A DNA stretch of 61,768 nucleotides, filler included. It is 9 parts of 9 records of this genome, joined end to end, with 100 filler letters (N's around TTAATTAATTAA, not from the genome) between each part and the next. Parts side by side here need not be neighbours in the genome. Positions count along the whole stretch, not along the records: positions 13,244 to 21,585 come from SRR31156797_49856; positions 21,686 to 29,176 come from SRR31156797_49866; 7 more parts are not named here. One strand, given 5' to 3'. The translations under genes and the position numbers were made by a program. Of the stretch, positions 19,594 through 27,973 are shown one piece after another; position 1 is the first letter of the stretch, and every line of letters begins with the position of its first letter. The notes under the pieces were generated by a model, which had not been told where the DNA came from, made no database searches, and saw only the letters and a program-made list of their open reading frames with translations.

Positions 19594-19911
19594 TTAGTCT
19601 TCAACTGGATCTGCTATTTCGCATTGTACAAATGATCTATTCTTAGTGGTTACAGATGAACCGGTCTTGCCTTTCAGGAAGTTCTTCGTTGTGCAGGCCA
19701 TCCACTTCCAGTGTAACACAACGTGTATGACTGAAAATGCAACCATTAAGATACCTATCTGTTCATGCATATGGAGCAATTCCCTGCTGTCAAAGCCAAG
19801 AAAACTCGCGCCATGACTTCCGTACATCAGGACAACTCCTGTAACGCTTACTATAACTGACTGTGCCAATAACGGCATATCTACAAGGTAATTCAATGTT
19901 GTCTTCTTCAT
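19594..19911 (-). CDS. DUF4405 cytochrome b-like small membrane protein
   Basis: NYLVD..TGVVL..LHMHEQIG..IHVVLHWKW with conserved TM histidines. Confidence 0.8.
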   Translation of the reverse strand: MKKTTLNYLVDMPLLAQSVIVSVTGVVLMYGSHGASFLGFDSRELLHMHEQIGILMVAFSVIHVVLHWKWMACTTKNFLKGKTGSSVTTKNRSFVQCEIADPVED

Positions 19912-20000
19912 TTTTAAACTCCCATCCTTTTCTTATCATTAATTCTTGTGATTTTTTTCCTGTGATTTTGGAATGTTATTAGTTCATGATATCAATGTAA

Positions 20001-20117
20001 GTGAGACCACATGTTGGCGTACGACATGTATGATGGTACGGTGATGATGGTTGGTGGTGGTTGGTTGTATCGGACATGTGATCTCACAATTCCCAGATTA
20101 GGAAATGCAAATATAAA
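20001..20117 (-). promoter_or_regulatory. archaeal TATA box followed by a structured leader upstream of the DUF4405 gene
   Basis: minus strand TTTATAT at 20117-20111, 24 nt before a 14-bp inverted repeat (20001-20014 / 20074-20087) enclosing a CA-rich loop. Confidence 0.5.
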
Positions 20118-20312
20118 GATACTTACAATAGAAAAGGGTCCAAAAAGCTTTAATTTAGAAGTAGGACTATATAATACTTTTAAAAACTGTTTTACACTAA
20201 TAATTCAACCTATACATGTATAAACAGAGGATAAAGCTTTATTTATCATCAACCATGTTTTTTGGTTAATGTCACCACTGCACTTAAAAACAAACAAACA
20301 TGATATTGCCAC

Positions 20313-20813
20313 ATGAATATCTTCATGGAAATGGCTATCGATGAGGCACGCAATGGAATGAAATGCAATCATGGTGGCCCTTTCGGAGCAGTCATAGTAA
20401 AGGATGGGGAGGTTTTGTCAAGAGCACATAACGATGTGCTGGGAACTAACGATCCGACGGCCCATGCCGAAATACTCGCAATAAGAGAAGCATCTGCTGT
20501 TCTGGAACGTTTCGATCTTTCGGATTGTGAAATATATACAAGCTCACAACCATGTCCTATGTGTCTTGCAGCTATCTACTGGGCACGCATAAGGACAGTG
20601 TATTACGGATCGGACAAGGACGATGTGGCTGCCATTGGCTTTGATGACAGTCATATTTACGATTATATTTACAGTTTTATTGATGATCATAACCACACTT
20701 CCATCCGCGGGGATGAGGAAAACAAAGAACCTGAACTTATCAATATGGACAGGGAAAAATGTCTGGAACTTCTCAGCGAATGGTCTGAGAAAAGTAACAA
20801 ACAGATGTATTGA
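20313..20813 (+). CDS. nucleoside/guanine deaminase (CDA-fold, GuaD-like)
   Basis: GGPFGAVIV, DPTAHAE, PCPMCLAAIYWARI, GFDD; C-terminal Tyr. Confidence 0.88.
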   Translation: MNIFMEMAIDEARNGMKCNHGGPFGAVIVKDGEVLSRAHNDVLGTNDPTAHAEILAIREASAVLERFDLSDCEIYTSSQPCPMCLAAIYWARIRTVYYGSDKDDVAAIGFDDSHIYDYIYSFIDDHNHTSIRGDEENKEPELINMDREKCLELLSEWSEKSNKQMY

Positions 20814-20916
20814 CAGGAGATCATCCGTTTACGGCTTTTGATATGATCCATAGTATATATATCATGAGATCATCATTATTTAGTAAGTATCAAGCAACAT
20901 AATCTGGAGAGAAAAC

Positions 20917-21585
20917 ATGGAAATCGATCTATTAATACCAAGCATGATCTCATTGCTTATCACACTCTCACTGGTACTGATATTTGATTTCCTGTTCAGG
21001 AAACGGAACCTCTTTGCAAGGGAGAGGATAATACAACAGCTTATCTTCGTTGCGATACTGATCACAGGACTATTGTTCATAGTCTTCACTCTGCCTATAG
21101 GGGTCGAAGACAAAAATCTGATACTGACCTTTGTCAGTATAGTAATTGGTGCCATTATCGCATTCTCATCCACTACCTTTGTGGCAAATGCAATGGCTGG
21201 GATAATGCTCCGGCTGATACGTCCGTTCAAAGTAGGGGATTTTATCCAGACAGATGGTACCTATGGACGGGTGACCGAGATATACTTCCTGCACACCCAG
21301 GTGCAATCTGTTGACAGGGATCTTATCACCGTACCTAATCTTACACTTGTCTCAAAGCCCCTTAAGACCATAAGGTCCTCGGGAACGATCATAACCACAA
21401 ACGTATCCCTTGGTTATAACATACCCCGCAAGGATATTGAGAAGAAACTTCTGGAGGCAGCAGAAAAAACCGGCCTTGAGAATCCTTTTGTACACATTGA
21501 AAAACTGGGAGATTTTTCTATCAGTTACAAGGTTGGCGGACTACTTAAGGATATAGAAGGAATAATAACGGCAAGGTCGGACTTC
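20917..21585 (+). CDS. MscS-family mechanosensitive channel (3' truncated)
   Basis: three TM helices, ANAMAGIML..RPFKVGDFI..G.VTEI..T..ITVPN. Confidence 0.88.
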
Positions 21586-21685
21586 NNNNNNNNNNNNNNN
21601 NNNNNNNNNNNNNNNNNNNNNNNNNNNNNTTAATTAATTAANNNNNNNNNNNNNNNNNNNNNNNNNNNNNNNNNNNNNNNNNNNN
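21586..21685. other. artificial contig spacer
   Basis: N44-TTAATTAATTAA-N44. Confidence 0.98.
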
Positions 21686-21752
21686 CCTGCCGAATTTAGT
21701 TTATATTAAAATGGTGATTGACGAATCACGATAAAGGTTTACTGATAACGAA

Positions 21753-22157
21753 TCATTTCTGATCCTCATTTGTGGAAGTATCGCCATCTTTCAGAAAGGA
21801 CTCCACGAATTTATCTTCGATCTTTTTGTAACCTGAAACGACGCCGTCTTCAATCTTCTTGTAGCCTGACACCACGCCGTCCTCGATTTTTTTGTAGCCT
21901 GACACAACACCCTTTTCGATTTCTTTCTGGGTGTCCATAAGTGTGTTTTTGGGGATTTTCCCATCGGCATCGTTTTGTTTCGAATCGCTTTCATCAGGCA
22001 GAAATGTTTCAGCAAATTTGCCTTCAACCTTTTTGTATCCCGATACTACGCCGTCTTCGATCTTCTTGTACCCAGATACAACACCGTCTTCAATCTTCTT
22101 ATAACCGGATACGACACCTTTTTCTATCTTCTTCTGAGTATCCATAAACTTGTTCAT
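21753..22157 (-). CDS. 11-mer repeat protein (KKIEDGVVSGY), two internally duplicated blocks
   Basis: GGAGG SD; two copies of MDTQ-(KKIEDGVVSGY-like)x3-KK(V/I)E.KF.E.FL; 33-bp DNA repeats varying mostly at synonymous positions. Confidence 0.88.
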   Translation of the reverse strand: MNKFMDTQKKIEKGVVSGYKKIEDGVVSGYKKIEDGVVSGYKKVEGKFAETFLPDESDSKQNDADGKIPKNTLMDTQKEIEKGVVSGYKKIEDGVVSGYKKIEDGVVSGYKKIEDKFVESFLKDGDTSTNEDQK

Positions 22158-22187
22158 TACTATACCTCCATTTTTATTAATACCGGA

Positions 22188-22718
22188 TTACTGATCCAGC
22201 AGACCGCTGGCTTTTTCACAGACCTCGTATATCTCATCGTATTTTTTATCGATAAACGGCGCGACCCGCGCTGTTTTCTTTCCGCTGATCCCTCTAAAGC
22301 ACCAGTATGGAATGATCCAGCCAACAAAGCCGGGGATGGCCAGAACTACCATCAGTGGCAGCATACCTGCCAGGTAGGCAAACATAGAGCCCGCCATAAA
22401 GGCCGTTCCAACGACGCCAATAATGTAAGCAGCCGCAGAGGCGCCAATAACCTTTGAACGTTCAAGAGCATCAATCTCATTTACGCCGGCCTCAAACTGC
22501 CTTTGAAGCCTTGTCAGCTCGGCTTTGTTACGGAGTTTCCTGTCGCGCTTAAACTTTAAGGTGATATACCCCATTCCCGCAGGGGGTCTGGATGTCCCCT
22601 CCAGTTCCCAGCCGAAGCTATGGTAGCTGTCGGTATAAACAGATTCCATGGAGCGTTTTACCGTGAATTCCTTGTATTCATACCCCACAAAGCTGTTATT
22701 CTTCTTTACCTGGTTCAT
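22188..22718 (-). CDS. hypothetical membrane protein (2 C-terminal TM)
   Basis: AAGAGG SD before ATG 22718; GYEYKE..FGW..LKFKRDRK..AELTRLQRQFE then two TM helices. Confidence 0.8.
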   Translation of the reverse strand: MNQVKKNNSFVGYEYKEFTVKRSMESVYTDSYHSFGWELEGTSRPPAGMGYITLKFKRDRKLRNKAELTRLQRQFEAGVNEIDALERSKVIGASAAAYIIGVVGTAFMAGSMFAYLAGMLPLMVVLAIPGFVGWIIPYWCFRGISGKKTARVAPFIDKKYDEIYEVCEKASGLLDQ

Positions 22719-22777
22719 TATAAACCTCTTTTCACTCATTCGTATTTATGTTGATTGATGAGTTTAGATTATCACCG

Positions 22778-22820
22778 TAATATTTATAAATTGCTTGAGA
22801 AATGTTTGTGATTTATTAAT
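22778..22820 (-). promoter_or_regulatory. regulatory box copy 1 (11-bp-period direct repeats) upstream of a GATAAT -10
   Basis: minus strand ATTAAT-AAATCACAAAC-ATTTCTCAAGC-AATTTATAAAT-ATTA; 34/43 identical to 24599-24641. Confidence 0.7.
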
Positions 22821-22839
22821 ACGTCGTTCATTACGTTGT

Positions 22840-24072
22840 TCATTTCTCGTCCCGAAGAGTATCCGCTATTTTCTTCTTCAAAAAATAGCTTCGCACGATC
22901 ATATACACGCCGACAAGAGCGGCGACGGTGCCAAAAATAATCCCGGAAAGCCCGTTGGCGAAAGACGGATCGTCTTTTGAGGAAAACGACATAATTGCCG
23001 TCTGAGTCAGTACAAAACAAATCAGCGTCGAGGCCAGATCAATCAACTTCAAGGCTTCAGCCGCCGGTTGATTGCTTCTTCTCAATCGGATGGAATCCCG
23101 GATGTTGAGCGCAAATTCCACAAAGGTGTAGCACGCGATGACCAGCGCAACCGACATGGAAAACTTCATAGAAGGCCCGCCCAAAAACATACGCAATGCG
23201 TATAACGCGTAACACAGGCTCGACACGAGAATGATGATGCCGATCCAGCGAAAACTGCGCAGTTGATCCTCTGTCTTCTGAGAGTGCATTTTAATGGCAA
23301 GTAAGCGTGCTCCGCCCATCCCCAGGCTGTAAAATGCGTTCGTAAGCATAAAAACAGAAGCGAAAAAAATGCCGATAATGGATTTGCCGATAACCAGAAA
23401 CGCGTCCTTCAGCAGCGTTATGCGGGTAAATACCAGCTTTTTTGCTTTAATAGCCCCGGACAGGGCGCGCAGGCTTTCAGCCGTACTTTTAAAGCCGTAT
23501 TGCGATACCAGAATAAGCGTAATTGCAACCAGCAGTGCAAAAACACCGAAGACGGTACCGGTTATGCCTATCAAATCAGAAGCATTCTCTGTTTCAGACA
23601 AGTTAATAGATAGGCCGATAGCGAGAGACGCGGGGGCGGACAGTGCGGCAAAATGTGCGTAACGGATGAAACGCGCGGCAACGGATCGATCTTTTCGTAT
23701 CATAATCATCTGGAGCAGCAGCAAAGCGACCAAGGCTGCGGACAGAGCCGTGAGGATATAAGAAATTTCCACAGTGGATGGGAGCTCATTGAAGAAGAAC
23801 ACTCTGACCGAGCCGGCGATCAACCCCGCGCTTGGCAGCAGGATAAACCATCCGACGTATCGGCAGATCTTTTTTTGTCCCGTAATGGTCTTGGTGAAGG
23901 ACGAAAGCAAAAGAAGCTGTGCAGGGAGAAAAAGCGTCGCGCAGGCAGCGCACGCAATCGGAAAAATCGCCTTGCTGTAAACAGCAGCGGCCAGCAACGC
24001 TACATAAAGAGCACTATATAGATAATTCATCCTTTTCATGCTGTCTACTGTGCCATCTCCCTGTTTTCTCAT
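22840..24072 (-). CDS. polytopic membrane protein (about 11-12 TM), unknown function
   Basis: GGAGG SD before ATG 24072; continuous hydrophobic helices; NAFYS, IACYTFVEF, LTQTAIMSF segments. Confidence 0.8.
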   Translation of the reverse strand: MRKQGDGTVDSMKRMNYLYSALYVALLAAAVYSKAIFPIACAACATLFLPAQLLLLSSFTKTITGQKKICRYVGWFILLPSAGLIAGSVRVFFFNELPSTVEISYILTALSAALVALLLLQMIMIRKDRSVAARFIRYAHFAALSAPASLAIGLSINLSETENASDLIGITGTVFGVFALLVAITLILVSQYGFKSTAESLRALSGAIKAKKLVFTRITLLKDAFLVIGKSIIGIFFASVFMLTNAFYSLGMGGARLLAIKMHSQKTEDQLRSFRWIGIIILVSSLCYALYALRMFLGGPSMKFSMSVALVIACYTFVEFALNIRDSIRLRRSNQPAAEALKLIDLASTLICFVLTQTAIMSFSSKDDPSFANGLSGIIFGTVAALVGVYMIVRSYFLKKKIADTLRDEK

Positions 24073-24114
24073 ATAGACCTCCGGCACTTGAATAATCAGA
24101 AGTATACCCCCGCC

Positions 24115-24145
24115 TGCGGGGCGTCGTTTTTCCCGCCGCCCCGCA
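24115..24145 (-). terminator. GC-rich hairpin after the Zn-ribbon gene
   Basis: TGCGGGGCG..CGCCCCGCA inverted repeat; no clear U-tract on the minus strand. Confidence 0.4.
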
Positions 24146-24158
24146 AGCAGACCTTTAG

Positions 24159-24515
24159 TTACGCTTCCAGCTCAGCTCCGCAGTAGCCGCAAAAGCGCAT
24201 ACCGCGCGCAGTATTCTTTTCACAATTCGGGCATTGGATTTCCGCTGTAGATTTGAGCGCGTCCCGCTCCTCCTTCGCTGCGTCAATCTCTTCGCGGGCT
24301 GCCTTAATGGCCGTATACAGCTCCATGATCTCAGCGCTCATCTCATTGCCGGCGTCCAGTTTTTCAATAACGAGCTTACAGATTTGATTGGTCGCATCCT
24401 TGATCTTTTTCTCTTCTCCGTCTATTTTCATAGAAAGCTTTCCGCTTTCCACGGCGCCGTTAACTCGTTCGGCTGTCTTCGCTGTCAAAACGTTTAGTTG
24501 TTCAACAATTTTCAT
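24159..24515 (-). CDS. coiled-coil protein with C-terminal zinc ribbon
   Basis: GGAGG SD; helical body; CPNC..FCGYCG. Confidence 0.85.
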   Translation of the reverse strand: MKIVEQLNVLTAKTAERVNGAVESGKLSMKIDGEEKKIKDATNQICKLVIEKLDAGNEMSAEIMELYTAIKAAREEIDAAKEERDALKSTAEIQCPNCEKNTARGMRFCGYCGAELEA

Positions 24516-24598
24516 TGTTTATTCCTCCTTAAAATTTACGTCACTTGTATGTTTTATTAAAACGGTCAGGCCTTTCAGCTGTACCTATTATGCGGCAT

Positions 24599-24641
24599 TA
24601 ATATTTGCGAGTTATTTGAGATTTGTTTGAGATTTATTAAT
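24599..24641 (-). promoter_or_regulatory. regulatory box copy 2 (11-bp-period direct repeats) upstream of a CATAAT -10
   Basis: minus strand ATTAAT-AAATCTCAAAC-AAATCTCAAAT-AACTCGCAAAT-ATTA. Confidence 0.7.
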
Positions 24642-24659
24642 TTATTAAACAGCTTCCCG

Positions 24660-25127
24660 TTATAGATGAATATTTTGATAAGCCAGCCCCATAGAAAAAG
24701 CGATTGCAATGCCGACAAGCGATCCGATAAGCACCTGCAGCGGCGTATGCCCGACAAGTTCTTTCAAGCCAATATTCTCAACGGAGCCTGTACAATATCC
24801 TCCGCACATTTGATTAATGATTTTCGCCTGATCTCCCACGTCCTTACGAATACCGGCGGCATCCCGCATCACAATCACAGCAAGAACAAAAGTTACGGCA
24901 AATTCAAATGAACCAGCACCGTATTTTATCCCGCTGGCCGTACTCAATGCCGATACCATGGCCGAATGCGAAGAAGGCATTCCACCTGTCGAAACAAGCA
25001 GCTTAATGATGTTGAATTTTTTATCCCGGAACATTCCGGTAAAGGCTTTGGCGGCCTGCGTAACACACCAGCCGGCAAGAGCGCTGACAAGAATGTAATT
25101 TTCAAATATAAATAAGTTTTTTTGCAT
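24660..25127 (-). CDS. DUF212 divergent PAP2 / acid phosphatase-vanadium haloperoxidase-related protein
   Basis: TQAAK, TGGMPSSHSA, VMRDAAGIR..GDQAKIIN, LKELVGHTPLQV. Confidence 0.9.
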   Translation of the reverse strand: MQKNLFIFENYILVSALAGWCVTQAAKAFTGMFRDKKFNIIKLLVSTGGMPSSHSAMVSALSTASGIKYGAGSFEFAVTFVLAVIVMRDAAGIRKDVGDQAKIINQMCGGYCTGSVENIGLKELVGHTPLQVLIGSLVGIAIAFSMGLAYQNIHL

Positions 25128-25140
25128 TTCTGCGCTCCTT

Positions 25141-25974
25141 TTAGAAAGCCATTACAATGCCTTTGTCATCCGTGTAAAGAGAGCTGATTCCTCCAGTTGG
25201 GACAATAAAGATTTCTTTGAAATGATACTCTTGCTTGATTGCTGCCCCCAGCGAGCTTGCCAGTTCTCCATTGTTACAGTGAGAAATCACCAGATTTTCG
25301 CCTTCTGTTTTTTTGCCGCTGCTTTTGATAAATGAAAGCAGCTTCTCAATGATTTGTTTCGCTCCTCGAAATTTATCATATAATGCGATATTTCCGTTAC
25401 CGTCCGAACCCATTACCAGCTTAATATCAAGCACGCTTATCAGCGTACCTTTAATCTTATTCAGCCGCCCATTTTTCTGCAGATTATCATACCGCTCCAG
25501 AATAAAATAGGTCTTCAAGTTATCGATAAAATGATTGACCGACTGGATGATATGCTCTTTCGGCATATCATTTTGAAGTAGTTCGTGAATTTTCACAGCA
25601 ATCAACACTTCGCCTGCGGAACCGCTTTTAGAGTCAAATACATATGTATCTGCTTCTCCGCTTTCTTCCGCCAGTGTTTTGCCGATGATCGCGCTTGCGT
25701 ATGATCCTGAAAGTTGGCTGGACAACGTAACCACAAAAGATTTCCGTGCACCTTCCATTGCTTCCTGATAGAGAAGCGGGGACGGTGAAGCGGAGCCGAC
25801 TCTTTCAGTACAGGCTTTCATTTTCGTCAGAAAATCGGCAAGATCCAGAGAATCGTCGTCTGTAAATTCCTTTTGCCCCAATCGCATGGTTAGGGGAACG
25901 GACGTAACGCCAAGCCGTTTTCTTAACGGCGGCGTCATGTCGCAGCAGCTATCCGCTATGATCCTGTACTCCAT
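25141..25974 (-). CDS. DegV/FakB-family fatty acid-binding protein
   Basis: IIADSCCD, SASPSP, TLSSQLSGSYASA, FDSKSGSAGE, NLQKNGRL, ISHCN. Confidence 0.92.
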   Translation of the reverse strand: MEYRIIADSCCDMTPPLRKRLGVTSVPLTMRLGQKEFTDDDSLDLADFLTKMKACTERVGSASPSPLLYQEAMEGARKSFVVTLSSQLSGSYASAIIGKTLAEESGEADTYVFDSKSGSAGEVLIAVKIHELLQNDMPKEHIIQSVNHFIDNLKTYFILERYDNLQKNGRLNKIKGTLISVLDIKLVMGSDGNGNIALYDKFRGAKQIIEKLLSFIKSSGKKTEGENLVISHCNNGELASSLGAAIKQEYHFKEIFIVPTGGISSLYTDDKGIVMAF

Positions 25975-26018
25975 ATGCAACAATACCCCATTTAATTATT
26001 TCGATACTAAAAGTGCGA

Positions 26019-26636
26019 CTATGTAACGTCGTTGCCTGTTTTAGTAAGAAGAGAAAATTTCGCTTCTTTTTTTTGGAGAATCCGCAGTATGTTTTCACGG
26101 TGCCTGAGGAATATAACCGCCGTTGTAAAAGCGCCTAATAAAACAGCCGGTAACGCGCTGCTAAGCAATGCCAGAGCTATAGGGAACGCCACGGCGGCAC
26201 ACAGGGAGCATACCGATACTATTCGAGTGATCAGATAGGCGGCGAAGAAAACGACAACTAAAATGACCAGCAGACGCCAGTCCATCATCAACGCCATTGC
26301 CGCCCCTACAGCTATGCCCTTTCCGCCCTTGAAATTAAAGTAGACCGGCCAACAATGCCCGATCAAGCAGGCAGCGCCGGCTAATGCCATTCCGGTCATT
26401 CCGAGCAACGCCCTTCCAACCAGCATGGCGCAAACCGTCTTGAGTATATCGCCTGCGAGTGTTATCAAACCGGAGCCCATTCCAAATATCCGGGCAATAT
26501 TCGTTGCGCCGGCGTTTCCGCTGCCAAGATGTCTGACGTCTTTTTTATGTACATATTTTGAAATCAGAACCGCGATGCTGATGGAGCCGAGCAAATACCC
26601 GACAAGGATTGTAATAACCATTTTAGTGCAATACAT
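26019..26636 (-). CDS. plsY: glycerol-3-phosphate 1-O-acyltransferase PlsY
   Basis: YLLGSI, DVRHLGSGNAGATNIAR, GHCWPVY..FKGGKGIA, RHRENILRI. Confidence 0.93.
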   Translation of the reverse strand: MYCTKMVITILVGYLLGSISIAVLISKYVHKKDVRHLGSGNAGATNIARIFGMGSGLITLAGDILKTVCAMLVGRALLGMTGMALAGAACLIGHCWPVYFNFKGGKGIAVGAAMALMMDWRLLVILVVVFFAAYLITRIVSVCSLCAAVAFPIALALLSSALPAVLLGAFTTAVIFLRHRENILRILQKKEAKFSLLTKTGNDVT

Positions 26637-26686
26637 AGCGTTTAATTCCCCTGATAATCTATAGTTCTGTGTTGAATGCCGGCTTC

Positions 26687-27871
26687 CTATTGGATTCCTC
26701 CGGCCTTTAAAAAAGCCGGGTCATGATAACGAACCGACTCCTCGTATATTTTTGAAATTCTGCCGGCAAACGCAGCGGATGAATAGTGGCGGATTGCCGC
26801 ATTTCGCGCGTTTTCGGAAAGCTCTTTGCGCAGCTTATCCTGATAGAGCATGACATACAGCCTGTCTGAAAACTCTTCACAAGAGGAATATTGCCAGCCA
26901 TTCACGCCGTCCGCAATCACATTGTCCAGGCACCGGTCTTTTTTACACAGGACCGGAACGCCGGCTGCAAGAGCTTCCATATAGGTGAGGCCCTGTGTTT
27001 CGCTGCTGGACGCGCTCACAAAAACGTCGCCAAGCTTATAATAATCGGCAACTTCTTCGGGCGCGATCATACCCGTAAAGATAATCCGCTTAGCAACGCT
27101 CGTTTTCAGTGCTAAGTGCTCGAGACTGGCGCGATACGGGCCGTCCCCCACTACAAGCAGGGCGATAGACAGGTCATTCAGACGGTCCATGAACGAAATG
27201 ATCTCTTCAATATTTTTTTCTTTTGCCAATCGTCCAACGGTAATCACAACTTTGTGCCCCTCCGGAATCCCAAGCTTTTGGCGAAGCTGCTGAAGCTTTA
27301 TTTCATCTCGGGGCCCATCGAATTTATGCAGATCAATTCCTGATGGCACGACAAGTATTTTTTGGCCCACACCGTAGCTCGTCAGCCTGTTTTTCACCTT
27401 ATCTGTCGGTGCAATGACGAATTGCGTTCCGTTTAATACTCTTTTGGTAAGGCGCGCCACTACGGCTTTTCCTAATTTTTTACTGGGCGAAAAATAGTGC
27501 GTATACTCCTCATAAAGCGTGTGATAGGTATGTATAATGGGAATATTCAGTTTTTTGGAAATCCTGCGCGCTATTATAAATGTGCTGAACTCGGATTGGG
27601 AGTGGATCAGATCAGGGCGCCAATCAATCAATTCTTCTATGAGCTTATTTCTTATCCGTAAAGCAACGCGGGCTTCGGGATAAACCTTACCTGCTCCGAC
27701 AGAGCTGATATAGGTCACATTGCCTTGCCGGAAAGATCGGCCATTGTCTGACAAGGTGAGAACTCTGACCTCGTGCCCCAGCTTTTGTAATCCGGACTGC
27801 AATATGAGGGTCGAGATGACAACGCCATTGATGGCCGGTTCGTAAAATTCAGTGGTAAGGAGTATTTTCAT
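26687..27871 (-). CDS. GT4 glycosyltransferase, 1,2-diacylglycerol glucosyltransferase-like
   Basis: YEPAINGVVIS, IHSQSEFS, HTYHTLYEEYTHY, VGRLAKEKN, SSSETQGLTYMEALAAG. Confidence 0.88.
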   Translation of the reverse strand: MKILLTTEFYEPAINGVVISTLILQSGLQKLGHEVRVLTLSDNGRSFRQGNVTYISSVGAGKVYPEARVALRIRNKLIEELIDWRPDLIHSQSEFSTFIIARRISKKLNIPIIHTYHTLYEEYTHYFSPSKKLGKAVVARLTKRVLNGTQFVIAPTDKVKNRLTSYGVGQKILVVPSGIDLHKFDGPRDEIKLQQLRQKLGIPEGHKVVITVGRLAKEKNIEEIISFMDRLNDLSIALLVVGDGPYRASLEHLALKTSVAKRIIFTGMIAPEEVADYYKLGDVFVSASSSETQGLTYMEALAAGVPVLCKKDRCLDNVIADGVNGWQYSSCEEFSDRLYVMLYQDKLRKELSENARNAAIRHYSSAAFAGRISKIYEESVRYHDPAFLKAGGIQ

Positions 27872-27973
27872 TGGCCGCTCCCCTCTTTTTTCAAGCTGTG
27901 TTTACATGATGATTAAGGGATGCTTCGGCGGGAATTAAGTCTCCTGCCGAAGCACATTTTGCTGTCGTACGTA

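Noticed and set aside
20011-20223. 70-aa plus-strand ORF over the GT-rich tract
   Set aside because: No SD or motif; better explained as the antisense of a structured leader and divergent promoters
20640-20705. Short apparent duplication in the deaminase C-terminus (FDDSHIYDYIYSFIDDH)
   Set aside because: In frame, degenerate and outside the catalytic motifs; too weak to interpret
17957-20813. AMP phosphorylase plus deaminase as a new nucleotide salvage or defence module
   Set aside because: AMP phosphorylase is a known archaeal housekeeping enzyme; the deaminase is divergently transcribed and separated by another gene
21790-22145. 33-bp tandem repeats as a possible CRISPR array
   Set aside because: The units are contiguous, in frame and lack unique spacers; they encode a protein repeat and no cas genes are present
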